Source of the DNA: Chiloscyllium plagiosum
Lineage: Eukaryota
Length of the DNA stretch: 64,000 bases
Direction of reading: 5' to 3'
Assembly: GCF_004010195.1 (NCBI RefSeq)
Contig: NC_057718.1
Span: 75,993,843-76,057,842 of the forward strand
The notes under the pieces were generated by a model, which was not told the origin of the DNA, did no database searches, and saw only the letters and a list, made by a program, of their open reading frames with translations. Position 1 is the first letter of the stretch; every line of letters starts with the position of its first letter. The translations under genes were made by a program, and so were the position numbers. Of this stretch, positions 50,735 to 62,270 are shown one piece after another.

Positions 50735-52760
50735 TTAAATTCAATTCCTTTCACAGTAAATGATAACCTTCCTAATTATTTGCTGTACCTGCACACTCAC
50801 CTTTTGCAGTTCATGAATTGGAACACCCAGAGCCCCTCCAATCTCAGTTCTGAAACCACTCATCTTTTAGATTCTTTTTCATTCTTCCTTCCAAACGAAA
50901 CAATTGCACACTTTCCCACTGGATACTCCATTTGCTACATTTTTGCTCACTCAATCTAATTATATCCCGAAACAACCTTCTGCCAGCTTCACAACTCACT
51001 ACTCATCTTTGTGCCATCAGCAAACTTAGCAACTGCACCCTCCCCTCTCCATCATACAAATCACATAGCAAGTGTGAAAAGGTTGTGATGCCAGCACTGA
51101 TCCCTATGGCATGCCACTTGTTACACCTTGCTAATCAGAAAATGACCCATTTGTATATACTGTTTTCTGTTAGCTTGCCAATCTCCTAATCATGCCAATA
51201 TGTTAGTCCCAAAACCATCAGTTTTAATTTTAACACATGGGACATTCACTGGTATTCCTTTGTCCACAGAACACACAACTTCTTCAAAGAATTCCAATAG
51301 ATTGAATAAACACAATTTCCCTTCAAAATAATCAGCTGAAATTATTTTGTGAACTTTTCCAAACAGCCTGCTATAACTGCTTTGATAACAGTTTTTAACA
51401 ACTTCCCAGTGGCATTTGAAATATTTAGCCTGTTGATTTCTGTTTTCTGTGTCCCTCCCTTTCTGACCAAAAGGAGATACATTCACTATTTTTCAATCTA
51501 ACGTAACATTCCATGATTTAAGGTATGTTGGAAAACTAATCACATCAACTATTTCACTAGTCACTTCTTTTGGGATCCTAGAATAAAATTCACCAGGATC
51601 CAGGTTCTTTGCTGCCTGCAGCAATGATTTGCTCAATACTACTTCCTTGGTGATTGCAACTGTCCTGAATTCCTCCCTTCCACCCATTTCTTGATTTACA
51701 GCTATTTCTGTTACTAGTATCTTTTATAGTGAAGACTGATGAAATGAACCTTTTCAAATTGTCTACCATTTTTCCTTATTAATTACCCAGACTCCTTCCA
51801 TAAGACAAAGATTCATTTTGTTAACTACTTTTTAAAAAAATATCTAAGAAACTGTGACAATCTGCTTTAATATTTATTGCCAGCTTTCTTACACTCTTTT
51901 TCCTTATCAATCCTTTCTTTATTGTTCTTTATATTCTGTCCAATCTTCTGCCCCACCCCTCTGCACAAAATGTGTTCCCCTCCACTCCCACCATTAATAC
52001 TATTGTTAGCGGTTCTAATTAGATAGTCGTTCCACCCATTGGATTTTTTTCTTCTGTTTGAAATGCATCTATTTCAGAATAGACAAAATATCCCCTTAAT
52101 GTTTGCCACTCTACATCTATTGACAAACCCATCAATTTGCAAGTTCACTTTTGCAAGCTGTGCTTTCATATGCTCATATTGCTCTTATCTAAAATTTAAA
52201 ACATTAGCCATGGACCCATATTTCTCTCCTTTAAATTGAATCTACAACTCATTCATACTATGGTCACTGCTACCTCGGGGTGCATTCATTGTAACATTAA
52301 TTGATCCTATCTTATTGTACAAACTAGGTTCATGAATGTGAGACTTCTGGTCAGCTCAACAAATGTGCTGTCCTAAGAAACTAACCTGAAGACATTCTAT
52401 GAGCTCATCTAGGTTATTATTCCCCATTCGATTTTTCCTGGGTTGTTTGGAGCTAAACTCCCTCATTTTATCCTTCTGACAGATTTCCATTTGTCTTCCT
52501 TTATACTCTGCTTGACCATATAGTGACTGTCAGTTGGTCTTCTTGCTTTTATTATTTCAACTCTATCCAAAAATTGTTTCTACAGCCTGGCTTAATGAAC
52601 TTAGCACAGCCAGCTATACTGCGCTAATTAACAGTGCCACATCTCCACATTTCCAATTTCCTGACCTTCCTAAACATCATGGACACTTCAATATTCACGT
52701 CTCAGTCTGTGTCATTCTGCAGCCATGTCTTTATAATGACTATCAAACGATTCTTTGTTG
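50735..52760 (-). mobile_element. Old CR1 LINE fragment
   Basis: ORFs 51190-51486 (GKLCLFNLLEFFEEVVCSVDKG) and 51493-51687 (LDPGEFYSRIPKEVTSEIVD). Confidence 0.72.
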
Positions 52761-52764
52761 AAAT

Positions 52765-53550
52765 ATTCTGGAGGCCAGTCAAGAGAGTGCAACAGAATAG
52801 TTAAGTCGAAAAGGTAGCAGATTAAGGTGTCAGCAGATGAGCTGAGGCAAAATAAGGGAGATAGAAATAGGCAGTCTTCGGGACAGCACAACTATGTGGT
52901 CAAGTGCTCATTTCAGGCTCCATGAAGATACCAGGTAGGAAACACAGTATCTGACTTTTAACCTTAGGCATTTACAAGGGAGAGAGATGGCATCAGTTGC
53001 TAGGGAATTTAGGTCAAGGCCCTAAGCCAATAGCTCAAGTCTTCTCGATATTTATATCAGAGAAATCTTTGATCATCATGTTCTAAAAATATTAGATCAG
53101 CAGTCTAATAAATTAAGCAACAGTAGAAGTGATGTGGTGTGTTAGAACCAGGTGTCGTTGGTGAGAGGGTTAGAGTGAATATACATGTGAAAATTAATGC
53201 TTTGTTTTCAGATGATATTGATAAAAGAACAGTATGTTGGTAAGAAATAGGTGGGATGAAGAATAGTTCGTTAGGAAACAGAGGTTTAACAGTGTAGGTG
53301 TGGAAAGGGAAGCTATTGCAAGTGATATTTTGGTTATGAATAGGTAGATAAGAATGGAGTCCCATCCAGGTGAACAGGAAAATGACTGGAGGACAATTGT
53401 GCAGTCAACCATGTGAAAATGTTGTAGGTCAAGTAAGTAAAAGGAGAGATCGCCTACCTTTGTTGAAGTCACATTGGAATTTGTGTCTTTGATCAGAGTT
53501 ATTACAGTCATGTAGTAGGACTGGAAAACCGATTAAATGTATTCAGACCT
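52765..53550 (-). mobile_element. Old L2-type LINE RT fragment
   Basis: Minus-strand peptide remnants (LLDLQHFHMVDCTIVLQ...HSYL...QNITCNSFPFH) resemble L2 RT; heavily decayed. Confidence 0.5.
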
Positions 53551-54196
53551 GACGATTGGTCAGTAAAAGGTTGTCTACATTTCTACAACCTTAGGTGAGA
53601 AGTTTACATGACATAAAACAAACCAGAACAATTCACATTTTCTGTCCTGACAAATTGTCTGACAAAGTTTCGACCAATCCCTCTGCAATCAAAATATGCT
53701 CCGCCACTCCTTCATTACCAGTCTCATCAAATGTTCTTCAACTTTTCAGAACTGACCTGTCTCCACAAAACATTTTAAAAATGTTACCATATACCCTGTA
53801 GAATCCATGCTATTTCAGTAAAGGTCATTGTGACTTTATAGTTACTACAACAGTAGTCAAAGCAAATTTCTATGGCTGACACCTTCTTGATCAATTGCAA
53901 TTGTTATACACCCAGGCATACGGATATGAAATACCAGTATGTACTATTGTATTTTATTAAGGTCTCGTTTCAGAAATCGGCATTTACCACAGATTTAAAA
54001 TCCTGCAGGCAATTTAAGATTGACACATTTGTTTGACATGGGGCACAGAGATAAAGAAACTGCTGCACTCTATTTTCTGGGAAAATAAAAGAATTTTCCA
54101 TTTGACATTGTCAGTGATAGCATTAAAGTATTAAGTATTCTCAGGGCACAATGAGCGTGTGTTAAAACTTCTGTTGCTCTCCTAATCATCTTAAAT

Positions 54197-54455
54197 GGAA
54201 GAATTTGTATTTGCATAATACCTTATTAAGTACTGAAAGAGATCTCAAAGCTCTTTGTAGCTAATAAGTTATGTCTGAAGTGCAGTCTTTGTTGCTATTT
54301 ATACACAAAGATAGCAGCCATTTTGCACACAGCAAGATCCAATATGATAACTCATCAGATTTGGTTGTAATAGTTTGAGAGAAAGAGGACGACTTTGGGA
54401 GATTTCCCTGCTCTTCTTTAAACAGTGCCACAGGTTAATCTACATCGACCCAAGC
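54197..54455 (-). mobile_element. DeuSINE (SacSINE1-like) 3' half
   Basis: GAAGTGCAGTC...AGCAGCCATTTTGCACACAGCAAGATCC...TCCCTGCTCTTCTTTAAACAGTGCCA. Confidence 0.65.
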
Positions 54456-54459
54456 ACTA

Positions 54460-54582
54460 AATAAAAACTGGAAGAACTGCGGATGCTGTAAATCAGATAC
54501 AAAAACAGAAGTTGCTGGAAAAGCTCAGCAGCTCGACCAGGATCGGTGAAGAAAAATCAGTGTTAAATGTTTCAGGTCTAGT
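54460..54582 (-). mobile_element. Single-arm Penelope pseudo-LTR fragment
   Basis: GAACTGCGGATGCTGTAAATCAG...AAAAACAGAAGTTGCTGGAAAAGCTCAGCAG; same family as 33207-33410. Confidence 0.7.
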
Positions 54583-54967
54583 CAAAAGTAGGAGGCCTAG
54601 CAATTTTAAGGTGACTTACAATGACTAAATCACAAATTTTCTTTTTAAATAAAAGTTTAATATCCAATTATCAACAAACAGAATAAGTATTAAACTGTGA
54701 AATTCCTTGATAGGACTACAAACTCGATACATTTCACGGAAGTGTTTTAACCATACCAGAGTGTTGCACAATCAAGGCGTCTTATTTCAAGATGAATATT
54801 GACTAATGAAACTGGAAATTTACAATCATGTATAAAAACAATGACAAAAGTGTTACTATTCAGTCAATGATTGTGATCAATATAACGTCAATTCCGTCCT
54901 TTTAGCCAAGTCACTTGTATAACAGGGATTTACAGACGTTATAAAGATTTGGCCAAAACCTACGTGT

Positions 54968-55150
54968 CAGAAATTGCTGGCGAAACTCAGATCTGGCAGC
55001 ATCTGTGGGAAGAAAGCAGAGTTAACATTGAGTCCAGTGGCTCCTTATCCAAGTGCTCTTAAGAGTCACCAAACTCAAAATGTTAACTTATTCTTCTCAC
55101 AGGTGCTGCTAGACTTGGTGATTTTTACCAGCAATTCCTGTTTTATTGTT
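54968..55150. mobile_element. Decayed fold-back Penelope-derived mini-element
   Basis: AATTGCTGG...GCAGCATCTGTGGGAAGAA...GTTAACATTGAGT is inverted against ACTCAAAATGTTAAC...TTCTTCTCACAGGTGCTGC...CCAGCAATT. Confidence 0.7.
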
Positions 55151-55575
55151 TTTCTATAATTTACACGATGCAGCTGTTAAATGTGGGTTGAATTATGAAA
55201 GAAAAATATTCTCCATCAACACTTTTCAAAATTTGTTGCTTTGCAAGTCAACAAATATTTAAAAAGTACCTGTGCAATTATCCTCTGCCCATCTTCCAAA
55301 ACTTACTGCTGACTAAATTTATACTCATTGCAAGGCTCCCATTGGTAAAAACCTACAGTTGAATTAAAGTGAAACATTCTTGCCTTTTCCCAGTGGCATA
55401 CATTGCATGTAATTTGTTTCCCACTATGAATTTCTGTTCTTGAAAACAGAAGTATGGCATAGCTCAGGCAAAGTTGCAATTTTAAAAACAAATTTACAGT
55501 GAAGCATATCAATTCAGCAGAGAAAATTGTTATTTAATACTTAACTTTGATTAATTTTGACGACTGTGGGTTCGC

Positions 55576-55662
55576 AGGCGAGAGTGTGGTGCTGGAAAAG
55601 CACAGCAGGTCACGCAGTATCAGAGGAGCATCGACGTTTTGGGCATAAGCCCTTCAACAGGA
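55576..55662 (-). mobile_element. Single-arm hammerhead mini-element with an 11-bp direct-repeat flank
   Basis: Minus strand CATC-CTGTTGA-A-GGGC-TTAT-GCCC-AAAAC-GTC-GATG; flanks TGTGGGTTCGC (55565-55575) and TGTGGGTTCAC (55663-55673). Confidence 0.75.
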
Positions 55663-57494
55663 TGTGGGTTCACGTCAATTGTACCTCACCGATTGCAAAG
55701 CACTTTGTGATGTCTAGTGGTTATGAAAATTGCTCTATTAATGCAAATATTTCTTTCAGTGTACTAAACTGTTCCACAAAGAAATTTCCCAAGTTCAGCA
55801 CTCCACTGAGCAACATTTTGAATATAAAATTCATTACAAAAGCTGTTAGAGCATATTTGCCTCCAACTCAGAGTACAACAAAATAGGAAAGACATTTAGA
55901 CCATGATTCTGCTCAAAAATCTTTCATATTCAGCCTCTCAAAATTAAACACAAAAAGAATTATTCACAAACAAAACTATCAAATTTCAAATTACTTCCTG
56001 TAGTGGCAGTCTAGAGAGAAAAAACATTGCAAAAATACATAACTTCATCAAACACTTGGCAAACAAAACATCAACTAATTGGACTTCCTTGCTTGTTCAG
56101 TATCCATTTTCACATGTATGCTACTTGAGGTGAAAAAGAATAAGCAGAAAATAACCTACAAAATTACTTAAACATATATACAGAAGGGAAACAAATGTAT
56201 CAAGGTCTTGCAACTATTTCTACAAAATATTTGGTACAAAAATTTTTCAGAATCTGAAAAGCAAATAAATCTCTTCTGCTTCCAACGTGTCTGCATCCCT
56301 AATTATAGGAAGTCAACCATGCCATTTTCCTCCAACGCTGCTCCACTATTATCCACTTGAACAGGACTACAAGCACCTGGCTCCATTTTCATATACACAG
56401 TCACAACCAGAGAATCTCTTCCTACTGGCTCGAATATCTGAAGTGTCCCTCAAAGATCCATCCTTGGACACTCATTAATTCTTATCGACACATTGATCTT
56501 CAGCAACATTAGCCAAAACTACTTCAATTTCCACAAGTGTACTGATACATCCTCACTGCCAACTCCCTCCGATCCTCCCCGCCTTGTAATTTGCCATATT
56601 GCTTATCTAATATCCATTACTGGAAAAGCCGAAATTTTATCCACTGTTACAAATTTGAGACTTGCACAAGACAATGGTTTTAAAATGTTTAATTAATGGG
56701 GAAATAGAATGCTCTGGAGAAGGGAGATTGTGATCCTATTAGCTCTGCTTGGATACAGGTCCTTTTGACTGAATTATCATAGGGAAAAGGGGCCCAAGCA
56801 GAAACTTTGAAACAGAAATAAGGACAATTGCTTTTTGTGCAGAAAGAATTCATTGGCTTGGAGAAACAGAAGCAACTAAAGTGTAGGCTTAACTGTTTTG
56901 GTGTTTGAAAGTCTGTAAAATTTGATTCTTTATTTGAGTAGAAGGAAACAAAATTGACAGTACCTTTGAGATGCATGAAAGACTGAGCAGCTGAGACAGA
57001 CTCGTTGGTAGAAACCTATGCTGGTATACTCCGATTGATTGGAATGAATGTGGAAGGACAGCAAATGAATCAATCATTCTGGTAGACCAGGCAGAACTGA
57101 GCCTTCTTTTTGTATCACTACTGATTGACCAGAGACGGATAAAGAAATTTCTGTGGTATGTTTCAATTGTGCTAACTGGACTTGAAAGTACCTGTCCTTG
57201 TACAATGTATGCGTTGACAGATAAATGCTCACTTTATCTTAATTTGTTTTGCTTTGTTGGTTACCATATTAGGGAAATTGTGTCATCTCACAATGATTTC
57301 AGATTTCTGAGAAATACATATTTTTGAAAAAGTTACTAGCCTCAATGGGGATCTTAACATGATTAAATATTGGAGAGACCAAAGCCATTGCATTTAGCAT
57401 GCAAAAACTCCATTCCTTTACCTGGCAATGGTCTCAGATTATGACACTTAGGAACAATGATACACAAGGAATTTCTGACCACATATCCTTTTTT

Positions 57495-58620
57495 ATTCAT
57501 TCGTGGGATGTGGATGACGCTTGCCAGCATTCATTGCTCATTCCTAGTTGCTGTTGAGAAGGTAGTGTTGAGTTGCCTATCTGAACCGCTGCAGTCCAGA
57601 TGCTGTGGGTTGCCATACTATGCTTTTAGGGAGAGTTTTCCAGGATTTTTAACCAGCAGCAATGGTAAAATGGTAATGTAGCTCCAAGTCAAGATAGTGA
57701 ATGGCTTGGAGAGGAACCTGCAGGTTGTGGTGTTCCCATGTGTCTGCTGCCCTTGTTCTTGAAAAAAATGGTCATGGGTTTGGAAAGTGCTGTCTGGGGA
57801 TCTTTGGTGAATTTCTGCAATGTATTTTTTGGATAGTACACATTCCTGTGACTGAGCGTCAGTGGTGAAGGGAGTAGATGGTTGTCAATGCCAATCAAGC
57901 AGGATGTTTTGTCCTGGATGGTGTCAAGCTTCTTCATTGTTGTTGGGGCTGCACTCATCCAAGCATGTGGAGAGTATTCCATCACACTCCCGACTTGAGC
58001 TTTACAGCTTTACAGGCTTTGTGGAGTTAGAAAGTGAAAGTGAGTTACTCACTGCAGTATTCCTAGATTTTAGTCGGAAACATCATTGAATGTCATGGGG
58101 TGGTGGTTAAATGGTCTCTTTTTGGTGATGGTCACTGCCTGGCATTTGTATGGCATAAATGTTACTTGCCAATTGTCCACCCAAGCCTGGATATTGTCTC
58201 GATCTTGTTGTGTTTAGACTGCGTAGAACAGACTGCTTCAGTATCTCAGGAGTTGGCAAACATTCCCACTTCTGATCTTATGATGGAGGTGGTCATTGAT
58301 GAAGCAACTGAAGATGCTTGGGCATAGGATACTACCCTGAGGACCACCTGCAGAGATGTCCTTAAGCTGAGATCTCCAACAACCAAGACCATCTTCCTAT
58401 GTGTCAGTTATGACTCCAACCAGCAGACAGCTTGCCCCTTATTCCCATCGATTCCCGTTTTGCTTGGGGTCCTTGTTGCCAAATGAAGCCCGACGCCAAG
58501 GGCTGTCAAACTCACTTCACCTCTGGAATTCAGCTGTTTTGTCCATGTCTAAACCAAGTCTAAAATAGAGGACCGGAATATAGGCCCTAGCGGAACTCAA
58601 ACTGGGCATCACTGGATACT
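57495..58620 (-). mobile_element. Second-lineage CR1-group LINE, 3' portion
   Basis: ORF 57689-57985 (MEYSPHAWMSAAPTTMKKLDTIQDK); homologous to 7300-8360. Confidence 0.8.
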
Positions 58621-58814
58621 AAACTAGCCTAAGCTCAACAACTGATGAAATCTTCCTGGTTCCTGGAGAGAGGAGAGTATTCCAGTAATCTCCCACTTCC
58701 TATAGTCTGTAAGCTTGAGGTCAGCCAAACCGCCACAATCATTGTTACAGCTCAAGTTCTATTCACCCAACACAACTATACTTGCTGAAGTAATGTGTGT
58801 CCTAGTTAAGTAGG

Positions 58815-59019
58815 AAATGTGTTGCTGGAAAAGCGCAGGTCAGGCAGCATCCAGGGAACAGGAGAATCGACGTTTCGGGCATAAGCCCTTCTTCAGGAAT
58901 CAGGGCTTATGCCCGAAACATCGATTCTCCTGTTCCCTGGATGCTGCCTGACCTGCTGCACTTTTCCAGCAACACATTTCCAGCTCTGATCTCCAGCATC
59001 TGCAGACCTCACTTTCTCC
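58815..59019. mobile_element. Young fold-back Penelope-derived mini-element with a perfect 15-bp TSD
   Basis: Inverted arms of about 77-80 bp (58813-58889 / 58902-58981); TSD TCCTAGTTAAGTAGG at 58800-58814 and 59020-59034. Confidence 0.92.
58864..58901 (-). ncRNA. Minimal type I hammerhead ribozyme motif with an intact core
   Basis: GAUUC-CUGAAGA-A-GGGC-UUAU-GCCC-GAAAC-GUC^-GAUUC: helix I (4 pairs plus U.U), CUGANGA, 4-bp helix II, GAAA, palindromic ACGU in place of helix III, and a GUC cleavage triplet. Confidence 0.75.
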
Positions 59020-59039
59020 TCCTAGTTAAGTAGGGCCTC

Positions 59040-59325
59040 ATTATTGTTTCAAATTCCTCCATGATCTCATCCTTTCTCTCTAGTCTCATAATACTTATAT
59101 CTGCACTGTTCCAATTCCGGCCCCTTGAGCATACTAATTTTAATTTTTCCATGATTGGCAACAAAGCTCTGGGATTTCCTCAATAACTGTTCCAGATCTA
59201 CCTAACATTACTCCTTGAAGAAACTCCTTAAAACCTACTTCTGTATTTCATTATGTGTCTGGTGTCAAATTGTACTGGATCAGACTTCTGTGAAGCATCA
59301 AGGAGTATCTTACCACATTAAAGAT
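59040..59325 (+). mobile_element. L2-type 3' end relic
   Basis: AAGCTCTGGGATTTCCTC...CTCCTTAAAACCTACTTC...TGTGAAGCATC; typical L2 3' phrases. Confidence 0.55.
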
Positions 59326-59839
59326 CTCAATCACATCCCAGAAAGGGGAATTCAGATATATCTCCACCTTCAGCTCAGATAAACACTCACATCTGTATGC
59401 GTGGAATTTTCCAAGCAAACACAGCAATCCAAGATAAAATTAGGATCACAAACTGCAGTGGGTTCTGTAAGCATTTGCAAACCAACAATCTGAGCTCTGC
59501 AAGGTTAATTTCTCATAGGAATGACAAGCCACTTCTGATTTTTGTGCCAGGATATGAAGACCTCATTTAGATCCCACACAATAATTTTCAATATCTTCTT
59601 CTGTAAGAGAAAAAAAATAAAATAGGACTACATGTTAAAGCCAATAATGAAGGAGCACTGAAGCAAAACCAACCTTTCTGGTTATCTCCATTTTATCAAC
59701 TTTATTAAATCCCAGTATAATGCTTTGGTATAAAAAGTACATTACACTGTTTCCCATATGAGACACAAAATGGTTAAGTGGCAAATTAATCACAATAGGT
59801 AAAAAAGTTTAACTATATATTAATATTAAGGAAATGAAA

Positions 59840-60335
59840 TCATAGAATCACTACAGTGTGGAAATAGGCTATTTGGCCCAACAAATCCACACCGACTCTG
59901 AAGAGTATCTCACCCAGACCCATTCCCCAACTATATTACTCTACATTTACCCCTGACTAATGTTCTTAACCTACACATCCCTGAACACCCCTGACTAATG
60001 TTCTTAACCTACACATCCCTGAACACTATGGGCAATTTAGCATGCTGAAGAGTATCTCACCCAGACCCATTCCCCAACTATATTACTCTACATTTACCCC
60101 TGACTAATGTTCTTAACCTACACATCCCTGAACACTGGGCAATTTAGCATGGTCAATTCACCTAACCTGCACATCTTTGGATTGTGGGAAGAAACCAGAG
60201 CACCTGGAGAAAACCCACACAGACACGGGCAGAATGTGCAAATTCCACACAGACAGTAGTTGGAGGCTGGAATCGAACCTGTGTCTCTGGCACTGTGCGA
60301 CAGCAGTGCTAACGCCTGAGCCACCGTACCGCCCC
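59840..60335 (-). mobile_element. HE1 V-SINE with nested internal tandem duplications
   Basis: Head ends at 60335; a 107-bp segment is repeated (59898-60044, 60045-60151) and a 38-bp unit is repeated (59949-59986, 59987-60024). Confidence 0.9.
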
Positions 60336-61279
60336 ACTGAAATATTACAACTTCTATGCAATGAGAGAGATGCACAATGCACTATTTAAACATTATGCAA
60401 TCATTTCATACCTATTTGATGTCTTAAAATTCAGAAATACAATTGGGCCAAAAAATTAAAGTTAACACTAACACAACCAATTATGGAACCATCTCTTTCC
60501 TTTACTCCTGGTTTATGCCAGTCCACTGAAGCAAATTGAAAAATGAATATGGGAACCTTATTTTTACAATTTCACAACACGTCCGAGAAATATATTCAAA
60601 TGGATTATACTCATAGGAAAATGCATTGAGTTACTCTCTCCAACCAAGACTATTAGAAACTACAATCAAGCACAAAGCAGTTTTGATTTACTATGAGCTC
60701 TTGCCAAAAAAAGGGTTCATATATAGTTGGTGAGAAAATGTTGTCACTTTATTTGAAGATTTAATATCCTAACTAATGAGGCTTATGAAATCATTCTTCT
60801 TGGTGCATTAAACAAATAAATAATTCATTTTACTATAATTCAACAATACCAATGCTGACAAGTATGGCAAGAAAACCACAAAAACCATTATAGTATCCTC
60901 AAGGACACTAAGAAGGGAAGTGGTTTCTCAGAGCACGACAGAGTAGCTTCTCCATTAGTGAACATGGCAACAAAGAGAGATCTAATAGTTCTGTGTATCA
61001 AATGGAAAGCACTGAAGACTAAAATCTATAAGTGAATGCTATACACACCCAGAAAAAAAAAGATAACAAGCAATCAGGTCAACAAACTTATGCAGAAACA
61101 ATTATTGGGTTATTGATAAAAGAGACATGTTGCTGAAGTTTATATCAGGTCAAACAAGAACATAAAATTTCAAATGATTGCAACAATTTAAGGTTTTTTT
61201 CAAAAAACTGTGCAACAGGCAGGTGCTTGAGTAGTTCAGCCAGCATTTAATACCTGTTGTTATTAATTATCGTGGAGAC

Positions 61280-61945
61280 CTGTTGATGGTGAATCTTCTT
61301 GAATTACTGCAGCTCATGGGAGGTAGCTACACCCACAGAGCTATTGGTAGTTCCAGAATTTTGACCCAGTGACAATGAAGGAACGGTGACATAATTCCAA
61401 GTCAGGTTGGGGAGTGGCTCCGAGAGGAACTTGGTGGTGGTGTTCCCGTGAACTTGTTGCACTTGTCTTGCTAGGTGGTAGAGGTCACAGGTCAAAATAA
61501 CCATGATTAATTGCTACAGGGAATCCTACAAAAATGTTTATAAAAATCTCTGCCAATGCACAGTGATGAAAGGTGCAAACTTTTTTTTTTAAAAATAGTG
61601 GTGGATTGGGTGTCATACAAGTGGCCTGCTGTGTCCTGGATATTAAGCTTTGAGTATTGTTGCAGCTGCACTCATTCAGGGAAATGAAGAATATTCCATT
61701 GCACTGTGGACTTGTGCCTGTAGATGGTAGACAGGCTTTGGGGAGTCAGGTTGAGAGTTACTTGCCACAAGAATCCTAGTACCTCTTACCTGCTCTTAGA
61801 CCATAAGACATAATACATAGGAGTGGTAAGGCAGCCATTCGGCCCATCGGGTCCATTCCGCCATTTAAATCATGGCTGACCAGCATTTCAACTCCACTTA
61901 TCTGCACTCTGCTCGTAGCCCTTAATTCCTTGCGAGATTAGGAAA
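61280..61945 (-). mobile_element. Second-lineage LINE fragments (61280-61795) and a CR1 3' end (61800-61945)
   Basis: TTTTGACCCAGTGACAATGAAGGAACGG and GCAGCTGCACTCATTCAGG; then CATAGGAGT...CCATTCGGCCCATCG. Confidence 0.65.
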
Positions 61946-62165
61946 ACTTGTCAAAGTTTTAATTGCCAGTCCAGTTCAGTTTCTGGTTAATGTTAAATTC
62001 TGAAGATGTTGGTCCTCGGGGCTGGCAATACTACTGAATGGCATGGGGAAATGATCACAATCTCTTTTACTATTCAGGAGAAAAGGGTACTGATTAGTTG
62101 GCATGTCAACTCCCATTGCTTTCTCCATGGTAATGCATAAACCAGTGTGGAATGACTGACTCCAC

Positions 62166-62270
62166 ATTGAATTGAATTCATTGTCACGTGTACCGAGGCA
62201 CAGTGAAATGCTTTGACTTGCGAGCAATACAGGCAGATCACATAGTTAAGTAACATAGATAAATTAATCA
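62166..62270 (-). mobile_element. Rex1-type 3' terminus
   Basis: Minus strand reads CATTTCACTGTGCCTCGGTACACGTGACAATGAATTCAATTCAA, with a (TTCAA)n tail. Confidence 0.55.

Noticed and set aside
58813-58981. miRNA precursor or classical TIR MITE
   Set aside because: The arms are multi-copy, one arm extends about 40 bp beyond the inverted repeat, and the TSD is 15 bp. This fits a Penelope pLTR inversion; no small-RNA evidence is available.
59898-60151. CRISPR-like repeat array (38-bp repeats)
   Set aside because: Vertebrate DNA; the repeats are tandem duplications of SINE sequence without unique spacers.
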